A stretch of DNA of 61,831 bases, from positions 1-61,831 of the forward strand of contig CATOPA010000001.1 of assembly GCA_951801965.1 (NCBI GenBank), written 5' to 3'. Shown here piece by piece: positions 1-9,799 of this stretch (its first letter is position 1; each line of letters starts with the position of its first letter). The notes beneath the pieces are model-generated. The model saw only the letters and a list, made by a program, of their open reading frames with translations, was not told where the DNA came from and did no database searches. Source of the stretch: an uncultured Erysipelotrichaceae bacterium (GTDB taxonomy: Bacteria; Bacillota_I; Bacilli_A; Erysipelotrichales; Coprobacillaceae). The translations under genes were made by a program, and so were the position numbers.

Positions 1-538
1 CTGCCATTTTTTCTTCTTCTGCTAATTTTACTATTAAATCTTTTATTTGTTTTATTCCTTCTGGATCTAATCCATTTGTTGGTTCATCTAATATAAGATA
101 TTTAGGATCTTCTATAAACGCTTGTATAAGTCTTAATTTCTGTTTCATTCCTTGAGAAAATTTTTTATATATAGTATGTTTTTCTTCTAGATCAAAATAT
201 TGGCAGTATTTTTCAATTTCTTTATCAGAAACTTTCTTATTGATATCAATTAAAAGCTTTAAATTATCATAAGCATTGAGATAAGAAATAAAGTTTTCCC
301 CGTTAATTGTCATACCAGCATCTTCAATAAAGTCCATATCATTATAGAGCAGTTTCCCATCAATAATAATCTTTCCACTATCCGGCTTAGAAAAACCACA
401 TATCATTTTTAAAAGAACACTTTTACCAGTACCATTGTCACCTTTTATTAAATATATTTTTCCATCATCAAAAATATAATTGATGCAATCGAAAAGTAGA
501 TAATTATAACATTTAGAAATATTTTTAATCTCTATCAT
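1..538 (-). CDS. ABC transporter ATP-binding protein (C-terminus runs off the window edge)
   Basis: Not in the ORF track because no stop lies in the window. Hand translation from the ATG at 538..536 gives MIEIKNISKCY...IKGDNGTGKSVLLK (Walker A), FSQGMKQKLRL (ABC signature) and LILDEPTNGLD (Walker B). AGGAGG RBS at 545-550. Confidence 0.85.
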   Translation of the reverse strand, partial: MIEIKNISKCYNYLLFDCINYIFDDGKIYLIKGDNGTGKSVLLKMICGFSKPDSGKIIIDGKLLYNDMDFIEDAGMTINGENFISYLNAYDNLKLLIDINKKVSDKEIEKYCQYFDLEEKHTIYKKFSQGMKQKLRLIQAFIEDPKYLILDEPTNGLDPEGIKQIKDLIVKLAEEEKMA

Positions 539-550
539 ATAGTTCCTCCT

Positions 551-1213
551 TTATATCAGTTTCTTTTTATGATAGTAAACAATCCATTGAAACAAGATGA
601 ATATACCAATGATGTAAACAAAACAATATCTAAAATTAATTATATAATGAATATTCATTGTGATAAACGATGCACCTAACAGTGTGTCTAATAAAATTGC
701 ACCTTCAACAATCATTATCAGTATAGCTAAGTTATCTTTTGTTGCTAGAGTGATGGCATAATACAACATACAAATAAACAATACAGCAAGTGTATTTTTC
801 AATAAGTAAAATCCCAGTATGTCAAAAGGTAGTTTGTATAAGAAAATAGATACTGATGATACAAAAAAGATTAAAGATAACAAGATATGTATTATGAAAT
901 GTTTAACCATATAAAATACATGAGCAACTATAGATTTATTTCTTTGTATAATATAAACGTTTTCTTTTCTTGTATAAATATCTGTAAACAATGAAAATAA
1001 TATTGTATATATAAGAGAATGAATCAATAGAATTTCAAGATAAAAACGAGAATAACCAAGTTCATTAAATTTATCCCAATCAAATAACATGATTCTTACC
1101 ATGTCTTTATAGGAAAGACCTTTACCATACAAATATTTTAAAGCAAATATACACAAAAGAATTGCTAAAAAGAAAGTAATATACTTCTTATAATATGTAT
1201 GTATTAATTTCAT
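551..1213 (-). CDS. multi-pass membrane protein, putative permease partner of the downstream ABC ATPase
   Basis: 220-aa ORF that is hydrophobic throughout (about 6 predicted helices). It overlaps the upstream ORF by 4 nt and sits directly upstream of the ABC ATPase. Confidence 0.6.
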   Translation of the reverse strand: MKLIHTYYKKYITFFLAILLCIFALKYLYGKGLSYKDMVRIMLFDWDKFNELGYSRFYLEILLIHSLIYTILFSLFTDIYTRKENVYIIQRNKSIVAHVFYMVKHFIIHILLSLIFFVSSVSIFLYKLPFDILGFYLLKNTLAVLFICMLYYAITLATKDNLAILIMIVEGAILLDTLLGASFITMNIHYIINFRYCFVYIIGIFILFQWIVYYHKKKLI

Positions 1214-2037
1214 CCATAAACTCTTTCTTTGCTTTTAAAAATCATCCATAAAAGCATTGAAATAATTAAAATATATTGTGTATATCCAAGCAACATCAAA
1301 GGGATAGATGGATTGCTCAGTGCATTAGTATATAGCATGATTACAGGTGAAAAATAATAGATAAAAACAAGATGTGTAGCTTCAGCAATAACAGGTATAA
1401 ACATACTCATAAAGATATAATAAACATAAGTGATAACAAATGGCATATAAGCTTTTTGGTATATAAAAGAAAGAGTCATAGCAAGTAGTGCATTAACAAA
1501 ACATGGTAATAAAATTTCAAATATTCCAGCTATAAAGTAATAGAATAGTCTATGGTGGAAGAAGAATTGCTGTCCAACAAATCCAGAAAGCAAATCATGA
1601 ACGATAAGAGTATCATTGCTTATTGGAAATATAAAAGATGAAAAAACAAGAATAATCACATAAAAGAAGTATATATATAAAGATATGATACATGAATTTA
1701 AAAATAAAGATTTAATGACTTCTTTTTTGTAATTGTTTTTTCTCATCAAATAATGATGAAAGTAATGATGAAGTTCTTCTTGAAAATGTAATGTTGGAAT
1801 CACAGCTATAATTGGAAGCATTAACTGCAAAGGGTCAGATATGGTTGATACAAATGTATCAAAATGAAAAGCTGTATAAATATAATCGTTAAGATTTGAA
1901 AATTCTATAGGTACTTCTCTATATATAAAAGTATTAATAATATTAGGGCTATCTATAATAAGATATATATACATAGATAAGAAAAGCAAAATACCTGCTA
2001 AAAAAATGTATTTATTTTTTAAACGAAGACGACTCAT
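1210..2037 (-). CDS. multi-pass membrane protein, putative ABC-2-type permease component
   Basis: 275-aa hydrophobic ORF, translationally coupled (ATGA overlap) to the next membrane ORF. RBS AAAGGAGAAT upstream. Confidence 0.6.
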   Translation of the reverse strand: MSRLRLKNKYIFLAGILLFLSMYIYLIIDSPNIINTFIYREVPIEFSNLNDYIYTAFHFDTFVSTISDPLQLMLPIIAVIPTLHFQEELHHYFHHYLMRKNNYKKEVIKSLFLNSCIISLYIYFFYVIILVFSSFIFPISNDTLIVHDLLSGFVGQQFFFHHRLFYYFIAGIFEILLPCFVNALLAMTLSFIYQKAYMPFVITYVYYIFMSMFIPVIAEATHLVFIYYFSPVIMLYTNALSNPSIPLMLLGYTQYILIISMLLWMIFKSKERVYG

Positions 2038-2057
2038 AAAATTCTCCTTTCAGTAAA

Positions 2058-2085
2058 TGATAAGCTAGCTATAGCTAGCTTATCA
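2058..2085. repeat. perfect 28-bp palindrome TGATAAGCTAGCTATAGCTAGCTTATCA
   Basis: Verified by hand to equal its own reverse complement. It overlaps the stop codon of the disrupted secreted-protein gene and lies 21 nt upstream of the 275-aa membrane ORF start. Confidence 0.9.
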
Positions 2086-2481
2086 ATTCACTCTCCAGTT
2101 TCCTTTAATATATGTTTTACCACTAAACATTGAAGCTTTTTTTGCTTGTAATAAGTATTCTTGGTTAGAGGCAAGTGAAGCAGGAAAAGTTGTCGATCCT
2201 AAATAATTGAGCTCAGCAGTATATAATTGGGACATATTACTATTGAGAACTCTTGTTTTTAGTTTAAATGAACTTCCTTCAGCTTCAGTCCAGTTGATTG
2301 TGATATTTTGTATTCCACTATTTGTTCTTTTTTGCCAGTTTAATGCAAGCCATTGCCCACCATCAACATTGTCATTCTAATTTGAGTAAGATGTTGTTGC
2401 ACTTACTGTTCCAAAGAAAAGCACAGAAATAATCATTATAGGAATGATAAAACACATTGTTTTTTTAAATTTTACAATCAT
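2083..2481 (-). pseudogene. small secreted protein gene interrupted by an in-frame TAG
   Basis: Hand translation gives MIVKFKKTMCFIIPIMIISVLFFGTVSATTSYSN-TAG(2379..2377)-NDNVDGGQWLALNWQKR...GNWRVN-TGA. The N-terminus is a signal peptide and the whole reading frame is otherwise intact (133 codons). Confidence 0.6.
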
Positions 2482-2768
2482 ATTAATTTCTCCTTTCGTT
2501 TTACCTATGATTGAATATGCATAGTGATGACTTATAGAATATCATACTTTTTCTTTTCCTCCTTCCTTTGTATTTTAATATTGCTTATTTATCATACTTG
2601 CATATTTTAAGAAATAATCCTTGATCCTCTATCTATTTATATAATAGCATATATTTTTTTTGAAACAAAGTAAAATGAAAGCGATTTAATAAAATAAAAT
2701 TTATTTTTATATAAATACATTGAAAGAAAATAACGATGATGTAAAATAGAATGTAGAGGTGAAGTGGA

Positions 2769-3566
2769 ATGAAACAGAAAGTCTTATTTTTTGATATAGA
2801 TGGAACATTGGTTGATACTTGCAAAAATATACCATCAATGTCTCAAGGGGTAAAAGAGGAATTAAAAAGATTACAAGCATTAGGACATAAAATTTTTATA
2901 TCTAGTGGGAGACCAAAACCAATGGTTGATCAACAGTTTTTGGACTTGGGGTTTGATGGGTATATTCTCATGAATGGAGGATATATAGAAATAGAGGGAC
3001 AATCTATTTATGAAGATAGAATAGATTATCATTTAATATCAAAAACGATTGAACTGCTGGAAAAATTAGGGTGTGAATATATGATTGAAACAGCCCAGCA
3101 TGTTTATTTAGACAAAAGATTTAATGGCTTATATAGCTTTTTTGATCGTTTTCATAAAGCTGATCATTTTATAAGAGAATTTGATAGAGAAGCTGTATTA
3201 AAAAAAGCAATTAAAGTAGAAATGAATGTTTTAAATAAGGATAAAGAGCGTATTGAAGCGTCTATAAAAAAGAATTTTGGATATACTATTGAATTTGATC
3301 AACATGGTACAGATAATTCTTTTGAAGTTTATTCATCAACAATTTCTAAAGCAACAGGAATTGAAAAAGTATTAACATATTTTGGTTTGAATCAGGAAGA
3401 TAGCTATGCTTTTGGAGATGGAATGAATGATATAGAGATGTTAAAATATTGTGGTGTTGGAGTGGCTATGGGCAATGCTGTGCAGGAATTAAAAGATATT
3501 GCTGATATTGTATGTTTGCCTATAGAAGAAGATGGATTAGAGAAGATTTTAAAGGAGTTATTTTAA
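2769..3566 (+). CDS. Cof-type HAD-IIB family hydrolase (sugar phosphatase-like)
   Basis: FFDIDGTLVD (motif I), SSGRP (motif II) and GDGMNDIEML (motif IV); 265 aa. Confidence 0.85.
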   Translation: MKQKVLFFDIDGTLVDTCKNIPSMSQGVKEELKRLQALGHKIFISSGRPKPMVDQQFLDLGFDGYILMNGGYIEIEGQSIYEDRIDYHLISKTIELLEKLGCEYMIETAQHVYLDKRFNGLYSFFDRFHKADHFIREFDREAVLKKAIKVEMNVLNKDKERIEASIKKNFGYTIEFDQHGTDNSFEVYSSTISKATGIEKVLTYFGLNQEDSYAFGDGMNDIEMLKYCGVGVAMGNAVQELKDIADIVCLPIEEDGLEKILKELF

Positions 3567-3582
3567 AAAGGAGGATATAAAG

Positions 3583-4146
3583 ATGAGAAAAAACTTTGGT
3601 GCGAAAGCGTGGACTTATCCACAACCTGTTTATATGATAGCGAGTTATGATGAAAATGGAGTTGCTGATGTGATGAATGTAGCTTGGGGATGTATTGCAG
3701 GCTATAAACAAATAGCTCTTTATTTAGATGTGAAACATCAGACAACAGAAAACATTTTAAAAAGAAAGGCTTTTAGTGTAAGTATGGGTGATGCTTCATG
3801 TGTTGAAGCATGTGATTATGTTGGTATTGTTTCAGCTAAAAAAGAACCTCAAAAGGTAGAAAAAGCAGGATTTCATGTAGTAAAAAGTAACTTTGTGGAT
3901 GCACCTTTGATTGAAGAGTTACCTATGGCTGTAGAGTGCCAATTGTTAAGTTATGATAAAGAAAGTGAACTTATGGTTGGAGAAATTATAAATGTGAGTG
4001 TTGATGAAAGAATTCTTGATAGTGATGGAAATATTGATCTTTCTTTGTTTTCACCTATAACATTTGATCCGGTTCATAACGATTATATAACTTTAGGAAA
4101 GAAAGTTGGTAATGCTTTTGAAGATGGTATGAAATTAAAAAAATAA
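3583..4146 (+). CDS. flavin reductase-like (FMN-binding split-barrel) protein
   Basis: 187 aa. The N-terminal pattern PQPVYMIASYDENGVADVMNVAWG is typical of flavoredoxin/flavin reductase-like domains. AGGAGG RBS. Confidence 0.6.
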   Translation: MRKNFGAKAWTYPQPVYMIASYDENGVADVMNVAWGCIAGYKQIALYLDVKHQTTENILKRKAFSVSMGDASCVEACDYVGIVSAKKEPQKVEKAGFHVVKSNFVDAPLIEELPMAVECQLLSYDKESELMVGEIINVSVDERILDSDGNIDLSLFSPITFDPVHNDYITLGKKVGNAFEDGMKLKK

Positions 4147-4164
4147 TTTTTGTGAAAATAAATG

Positions 4165-4211
4165 AGGGCAGTAACGAAATAACTTTTAATGGGTTATTTC
4201 ATTATTGCCCT
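4165..4211. terminator. bidirectional stem-loop between convergent genes
   Basis: AGGGCA..GAAATAAC pairs with GTTATTTC..TGCCCT, flanked by A/T runs. It lies between the stops at 4146 (+) and 4216 (-). Confidence 0.5.
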
Positions 4212-4215
4212 TTCA

Positions 4216-5076
4216 CTATTCTATAAATTGTACTCCAGCTCCAAGTAATCCTTTCCCTAAATAACAACTCAATGCAGCACCAATTTCTGCTTTGATGAAT
4301 TGTTGACACTGAGGGAATAATGTTCTTAATTCTTTTTCAATAACATCTCTATTTTCTCTCATTTCTCCATCAGCAACAATCAGTGTAAATGATCTTTGAG
4401 GATTCTCCTCAATGACTTTACTAACAAGTTGAATGAGCTTTGCAGGCACTTTTTTCTCACCGCGAACTTTTGCAGGTACATTGATTTCACCAGTTTCTTT
4501 ATCAAATGATAAGATAGGTTTGATATTGAGAGTTGTTCCTACAAAAGCTGTTGCTTTGCCTATTCTTCCACCTTTTTGAAGATATTCTAAAGTATTGATT
4601 GAAAAGAAAGCATGAGTATCTAAAATTAATTGTTGAGCTTTTTGCTTCAATTGCTCAAATGATGCACCATTTTGACATGCTTTAGCTAACTCAATTGCAA
4701 TTGAACCATAACCAATACTTCCGCTTTTAGAGTCAAAAACTTCAATCTCTAAGTTTTCTTGAATTTGTGATAATAGTCTTACTTCATTGTATGTTCCAGA
4801 TAATCCTGCTGATAACATGATTGCAATGACATGTGTATAGCCTTCTTGAATCATTGTTTCAAATGTATTAACAATATCTCCGCCCGCAGGAGAGGCTGTT
4901 TTTAAAATATGTTCTTGTTGTAATTTATAAACATCATGGCTATGAATATCAATACCATCTTTGTACTCTTTATTCTCACATTGTATAATAATTGGTAAAA
5001 CAAAAATTGGATATTGATTTATATATTCTTGAGGGATATCAGCACATGAATCTGTCATAATTGCAATTTTTTCCAT
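4216..5076 (-). CDS. DegV family fatty-acid-binding protein
   Basis: IAIMTDSCADIP start and length are typical of DegV. Start moved to MEKIAIM (AGGAG RBS 8 nt upstream) rather than the track start at 5097. Confidence 0.85.
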   Translation of the reverse strand: MEKIAIMTDSCADIPQEYINQYPIFVLPIIIQCENKEYKDGIDIHSHDVYKLQQEHILKTASPAGGDIVNTFETMIQEGYTHVIAIMLSAGLSGTYNEVRLLSQIQENLEIEVFDSKSGSIGYGSIAIELAKACQNGASFEQLKQKAQQLILDTHAFFSINTLEYLQKGGRIGKATAFVGTTLNIKPILSFDKETGEINVPAKVRGEKKVPAKLIQLVSKVIEENPQRSFTLIVADGEMRENRDVIEKELRTLFPQCQQFIKAEIGAALSCYLGKGLLGAGVQFIE

Positions 5077-5254
5077 CTTTAAGACTCCTTTTTTCATAGT
5101 TACTACATATCATATCATTTTTTATAGAAAAGTAAATAAAAAATTTTAATTAAATTTTTAAAAGTATTCTTTGTTGGCAAATAGAATATGTTTTTAAATA
5201 AAATATATTTGATTTATGTCCTTGATAAGGATATGATAAGTAGGGTGATGAAGC

Positions 5255-5827
5255 ATGAATGAAAAAGAAAAAATGAAACAAGGATTATGGTATGATGCGA
5301 ATAATAATCAAGAACTTATACAAGAAAGATTAGATGCTCAAGACTTATGTTTTGAGCTTAATCAAGTTCAACCAAGCGAAAAAGAGAAGAGAAATGATAT
5401 CTTATTGAAGTTGTTGGGGGACTTACCAGAACATCTTGAATTACTGAGTCCATTTATATGTGACTATGGAAGAAATATACATCTTGGTAAAAATGTTTTT
5501 ATTAATGTGAATTGTTATTTTATGGATGGTGCAGACATTACAATTGGTGATCATGTTTTTATCGGACCATCATGTGGCTTTTATACAGCTCAACATCCCT
5601 TGTCTTATCCCTTAAGAAATCAAGGGTTAGAGAAAGCTTTGCCAATTACAATAGGTGATCATGTATGGATTGGAGCAAATGTGACAATTCTACCTGGGGT
5701 CACGATAGGGAGTGGCAGTGTGATAGGTGCAGGAAGTGTTGTAACTCAAGATATTGAAGAAAATGTTCTTGCATTAGGAATACCTTGCCACAAAATAAAA
5801 GAAATTCAAAATGATTATACAGATTAA
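5255..5827 (+). CDS. sugar O-acetyltransferase (maltose/galactoside O-acetyltransferase family)
   Basis: N-terminal Mac-type domain (MKQGLWYDAN...) followed by left-handed beta-helix hexapeptide repeats (IGDHVWIGANVTILPGVTIGSGSVIGAGSVV). Confidence 0.85.
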   Translation: MNEKEKMKQGLWYDANNNQELIQERLDAQDLCFELNQVQPSEKEKRNDILLKLLGDLPEHLELLSPFICDYGRNIHLGKNVFINVNCYFMDGADITIGDHVFIGPSCGFYTAQHPLSYPLRNQGLEKALPITIGDHVWIGANVTILPGVTIGSGSVIGAGSVVTQDIEENVLALGIPCHKIKEIQNDYTD

Positions 5828-5831
5828 AAAG

Positions 5832-5878
5832 AAAGCTATGAGACTTTATTGATGGATTTATCATATTCTCATAGCTTT
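5832..5878 (+). terminator. stem-loop after the acetyltransferase gene
   Basis: Perfect 12-bp arms AAAGCTATGAGA / TCTCATAGCTTT with a 23-nt loop, followed by TTTTA. Confidence 0.45.
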
Positions 5879-6177
5879 TATGTAAGAAAAGTTTAAGAGT
5901 ATCAAAAAGAAAAGAGTGTTGAATTAATAGGTTTAATCATCATAAAAAGAGTAATGTTAGAGAGTAATGATTATCTGGTAAGTCAGCATGTAGCAAATGT
6001 CATAGTCATCATAAGATTATTTCCTAGGAAATGATGGATAATGAGAAATATTATGAAAAGGTCAATGTTAAAAATATATTGGTTATTTGATAAAGAAATC
6101 TTTTCACAAAAGCGAATTTAGTATGATGAAAAGATAGACTTTTATTTTTTTTGTATAATTTTTATGGGGTGAAGAAA

Positions 6178-6594
6178 ATGATAACTTACAAGGAGGCATC
6201 GCAAAATCAAATTAAAGAATTGTGTGAAATAAGAAAACAACAATTGATTGATGAGGGGATAGAGCCATCTATAGATATAGATCAAGATTTAGAAAGATTT
6301 TTTGAAGATTGCTTTCAGAATCATAATCTCTATGAAATCTTGGCTCATGATCATGATAAGATTATTGCGACAGAGGCAGTCTGCTTCTATGACTATCCAC
6401 CAACATATACAAATCAAACAGGAAGAATAGCTTATATTACAAATATGTATACGTCTCCTCATTATAGAAAACAAGGGATTGCTACAAAGATACTTCACGA
6501 ACTTGAAGAAGAAGCGAAAAGAAGAAAAGTAAAAATTATGCGTTTAGGAGCATCTTTCTTATATTTTATCATTTATGCACATAAAAACCTATAA
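6178..6594 (+). CDS. GNAT family N-acetyltransferase, possibly 3'-truncated
   Basis: The acetyl-CoA motif RKQGIATKIL is present. Start moved to the ATG after a GGGGTGA RBS. The C-terminus (RLGASFLYFIIYAHKNL) looks unlike a normal GNAT end. Confidence 0.6.
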   Translation: MITYKEASQNQIKELCEIRKQQLIDEGIEPSIDIDQDLERFFEDCFQNHNLYEILAHDHDKIIATEAVCFYDYPPTYTNQTGRIAYITNMYTSPHYRKQGIATKILHELEEEAKRRKVKIMRLGASFLYFIIYAHKNL

Positions 6595-6661
6595 GATATT
6601 CTCTCTTTTTTTAAGAGTCCACCTTATAGGTTACATTTTAATCTATGCTCTCTTCTTTTTT

Positions 6662-9004
6662 TCATAGCATGAAACATATGACTCTTACAATAAATGCCAC
6701 AATCCATGCAATTACACATTGACTCAATGCAATATTGATAGCCCACAAACTTCCTAGTTCTCTTTTGATAGAGGCGATAGCAGCTACACAAGGTGTATAA
6801 AGCAAGCAAAATACAAGTAGAGAAAGTGCTGAATCCTGAGAAAGTGATGCAACTAAAGAGGCAGTTGAACCATAGAGAATGGAAAGTGTTGATACGACAC
6901 TTTCTTTTGCCATGAACCCTGAGATTAATGATGTTGATATACGCCAATCTCCAAATCCTAAAGGAATGAATAATGGGGATATCCAACCAGCTAACATAGC
7001 TAGTATACTCTCTTTTGAATCAGTAACTATATTTAAATGAATATCAAATGTCTGTAAAAACCAAATAATAATTGTTGCAACAAAGATAACTGTAAAAGCT
7101 CTTTGTAAGAAATCTTTTGCTTTTTCCCATAAAAGCTGAGAAACATTTTTGATTGCTGGAAGACGATAATTTGGAAGTTCCATAACAAATGGAACAGCCT
7201 CACCTTTAAAAAAGGTTTTTCTCATTACTAAAGCTATAAGAATAGCCATAAGAATACCTAAAATATATAAGCCAATCATTACAAATGCACCATATTCTGG
7301 GAAGAAAGCAGCTGTAAAAAATGCATAAATAGGTAATTTTGCAGAGCAACTCATAAATGGTGTTAGCAAAATAGTCATTTTTCTATCTCTTTTTGAAGGA
7401 AGTGTTCGACTTGCCATAACACTAGGAACACTACATCCAAATCCTATCAACATTGGAACAATACTTCTTCCTGATAGACCAATTTTTCTAAGAAGTTTAT
7501 CCATCACAAAGGCAACACGAGCCATATATCCGCTATCTTCTAACAAAGAAAGAAACAAAAAGAGTGTAATAATAATAGGTAAAAAGCTTAAAACACTTCC
7601 AACACCATTCATGATTCCATCAATAATTAATGACTGTAAAACATCATTGACATGAATTGATACAAGTAAAGAAGAAAGGGACTGAGTGAGTGTATCCATA
7701 CCCATTTCTAATAAATCAGATAAAAATGCACCAATAACATTAAAGCTAAGATAAAAAATAGAAAGCATAATCCCGATGAAAGCGGGAAGCGCAGTGTATT
7801 TACCAGTTAAAAATTTGTCAATTTGTTCACTTCTTTTATGCTCTTTACTTTCATGAGGTTTAATAACTGTTTCATCACATATTTTCTTAATAAAACAAAA
7901 GCGCATATCAGCAATAGCAGCTAAGCGGTCCATGCCTCGCTCTGTTTCCATTTGTTGAATAATATGTTCTAACATCTCTTTTTCATTTTGATCAAGGTGA
8001 AGTTTCTCTAATATAAAACGGTCATTTTCAGCAAGTTTACTTGTTGCAAAACGAAGAGGAATTTCTGCATCATTCGCATGATCTTCAATCAAATGCATAA
8101 TAGCATGTAAGCATCTATGCACAGCACCACCATGATCATGATAATCACAAAAATCATGTTTTTTTGGTTTCTCTTGATATTTGGCAACATGTAAAGCATG
8201 ATCTACTAATTCTTGAATTCCTTCATTTCTAACAGCAGATATAGGAATAACAGGAATACCCAATAATTGTTCTAATTCATTCACATGAATAGAACCACCA
8301 TTTTCCTTCACCTCGTCCATCATATTCAAAGCTAAGACCATAGGAATATCTAATTCCATTAATTGCATAGTCAGATAAAGATTTCTTTCTATGTTTGTTG
8401 CATCAACAATATTGATAATTGCTTTGGGATGTTCATCTAATATAAATTGTCTTGTGACAAGCTCTTCACTAGAATAAGGGGACATTGAATAAATACCAGG
8501 CAAATCAATAACCGATGTATTTTTATGACCTTTTATCATTCCATCTTTTCTTTCAACAGTCACTCCAGGAAAGTTACCAACATGTTGTGAAGAACCTGTT
8601 AATTGATTAAATAATGTTGTTTTTCCACAATTTTGATTACCAGTGAGAGCAAATGTAAGAATCTCATCATCACTCAAAGGATTTTCATTTTCTTTTATAT
8701 GATATTTTCCATCCTCACCTAAACCAGGGTGAAGAATATGTTTTTTATGTGTTATATTTGTTTTATTCTTTTCTATATCATGAATATTTTCTATATCAAT
8801 TTGTTGCGCTTCAGCCAGTCTTAATGTTAATTCATAACTATGGACTCTAATTTCTATAGGATCACCCATAGGAGCATGCTTGATCATAGAAACTTCAACT
8901 CCAGGTATAAGTCCCATGTCTAAAAGATGTTGACGTAATCGCCCCTCACCACCTACAGATGTAATAGTGGCAGTTTTTCCAATAGGTAAGTCTTTCAAAG
9001 TCAT
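6662..9004 (-). CDS. feoB: ferrous iron transporter, FeoA-FeoB fusion
   Basis: 780 aa. An N-terminal FeoA/SH3-like segment (LKDLPIGKTATITSV...) is followed by the G domain GNQNCGKTTLFN, DLPGIYS and NMMD, then a polytopic C-terminal membrane domain. Confidence 0.9.
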   Translation of the reverse strand: MTLKDLPIGKTATITSVGGEGRLRQHLLDMGLIPGVEVSMIKHAPMGDPIEIRVHSYELTLRLAEAQQIDIENIHDIEKNKTNITHKKHILHPGLGEDGKYHIKENENPLSDDEILTFALTGNQNCGKTTLFNQLTGSSQHVGNFPGVTVERKDGMIKGHKNTSVIDLPGIYSMSPYSSEELVTRQFILDEHPKAIINIVDATNIERNLYLTMQLMELDIPMVLALNMMDEVKENGGSIHVNELEQLLGIPVIPISAVRNEGIQELVDHALHVAKYQEKPKKHDFCDYHDHGGAVHRCLHAIMHLIEDHANDAEIPLRFATSKLAENDRFILEKLHLDQNEKEMLEHIIQQMETERGMDRLAAIADMRFCFIKKICDETVIKPHESKEHKRSEQIDKFLTGKYTALPAFIGIMLSIFYLSFNVIGAFLSDLLEMGMDTLTQSLSSLLVSIHVNDVLQSLIIDGIMNGVGSVLSFLPIIITLFLFLSLLEDSGYMARVAFVMDKLLRKIGLSGRSIVPMLIGFGCSVPSVMASRTLPSKRDRKMTILLTPFMSCSAKLPIYAFFTAAFFPEYGAFVMIGLYILGILMAILIALVMRKTFFKGEAVPFVMELPNYRLPAIKNVSQLLWEKAKDFLQRAFTVIFVATIIIWFLQTFDIHLNIVTDSKESILAMLAGWISPLFIPLGFGDWRISTSLISGFMAKESVVSTLSILYGSTASLVASLSQDSALSLLVFCLLYTPCVAAIASIKRELGSLWAINIALSQCVIAWIVAFIVRVICFML

Positions 9005-9033
9005 GAATCATCACTCCATTTCATTATATATGA

Positions 9034-9049
9034 GTTAGGCTTGTCTAAC
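9034..9049 (-). promoter_or_regulatory. candidate metalloregulator operator upstream of feoAB
   Basis: GTTAG-N6-CTAAC inverted repeat 30-45 nt upstream of the feoAB ATG. It overlaps the spacer/-35 region of a TATAAT box read on the minus strand. Confidence 0.3.
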
Positions 9050-9799
9050 ACAATATAGACTACTCTAATTAGATAAAGTTGTCAATATTTATATAAATTT
9101 TTTAATTAGCAGTCTGAAAAAGAAATTGATTTTAATCTTTTCTATATGCAAGATATAATATATTTATGCATATGATATGATTAATTAGTAATTTAAAGAA
9201 GTCTGATAGGCGATAAAAAAGTCTGTGCAACTTTTGGTAAAAACATTCCAATTGATAGAATATAAAGAAGAAATAAAGTTATCTCATAAAAGAGGAACGT
9301 TAAGATAGTCACAGTCACTACAAAGTAAAAGTGAAGAATATGATCTTTTCGAGAAATCAGGAAAAATACCTTTAAAAACTTCACTAGCAGAAAAAACAGA
9401 GATAAAAAATAATCCCTTGGTTGTCTTTTAAACCGCCATCAGTAACAATAGAATGAACAGGATGGTGAAGATAGAGTTCTTTGCATCATCAAAAATAAGG
9501 TTAGCAGATTGTTTGTTTACAAATCTGCAAAGTAAAGAAACAGAATGGGTATATGTGTTGATTGTATTGGTGATTTTCCAGAAATACGAAGTTGCTTCTT
9601 AGTCTTAACAATAAGAGGATTGTTGTCATAAATCATAAAATCACATTCTTTCTGTGCAAAAATTATTGGTGCTTACATCGAAAAGGAGAAATAGGCTATT
9701 TGCCTATATAAATTGAAAAAAGTTTATAAAGGTTATGTACTATTATGAAGTAATTTGGTACAATTAATTTGATAAAAAATCATTATAATTGGGGGAAAT

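Noticed and set aside
9385-9660. A possible IS91/Y2-transposase fragment on the minus strand (ELYLHHPVHSIVTDGGLKDNQG, resembling the H.H....GG motif).
   Set aside because: Only about 20 residues match from memory, a stop lies immediately upstream, and the flanking frames show nothing recognisable. This is too little to call without a database search.
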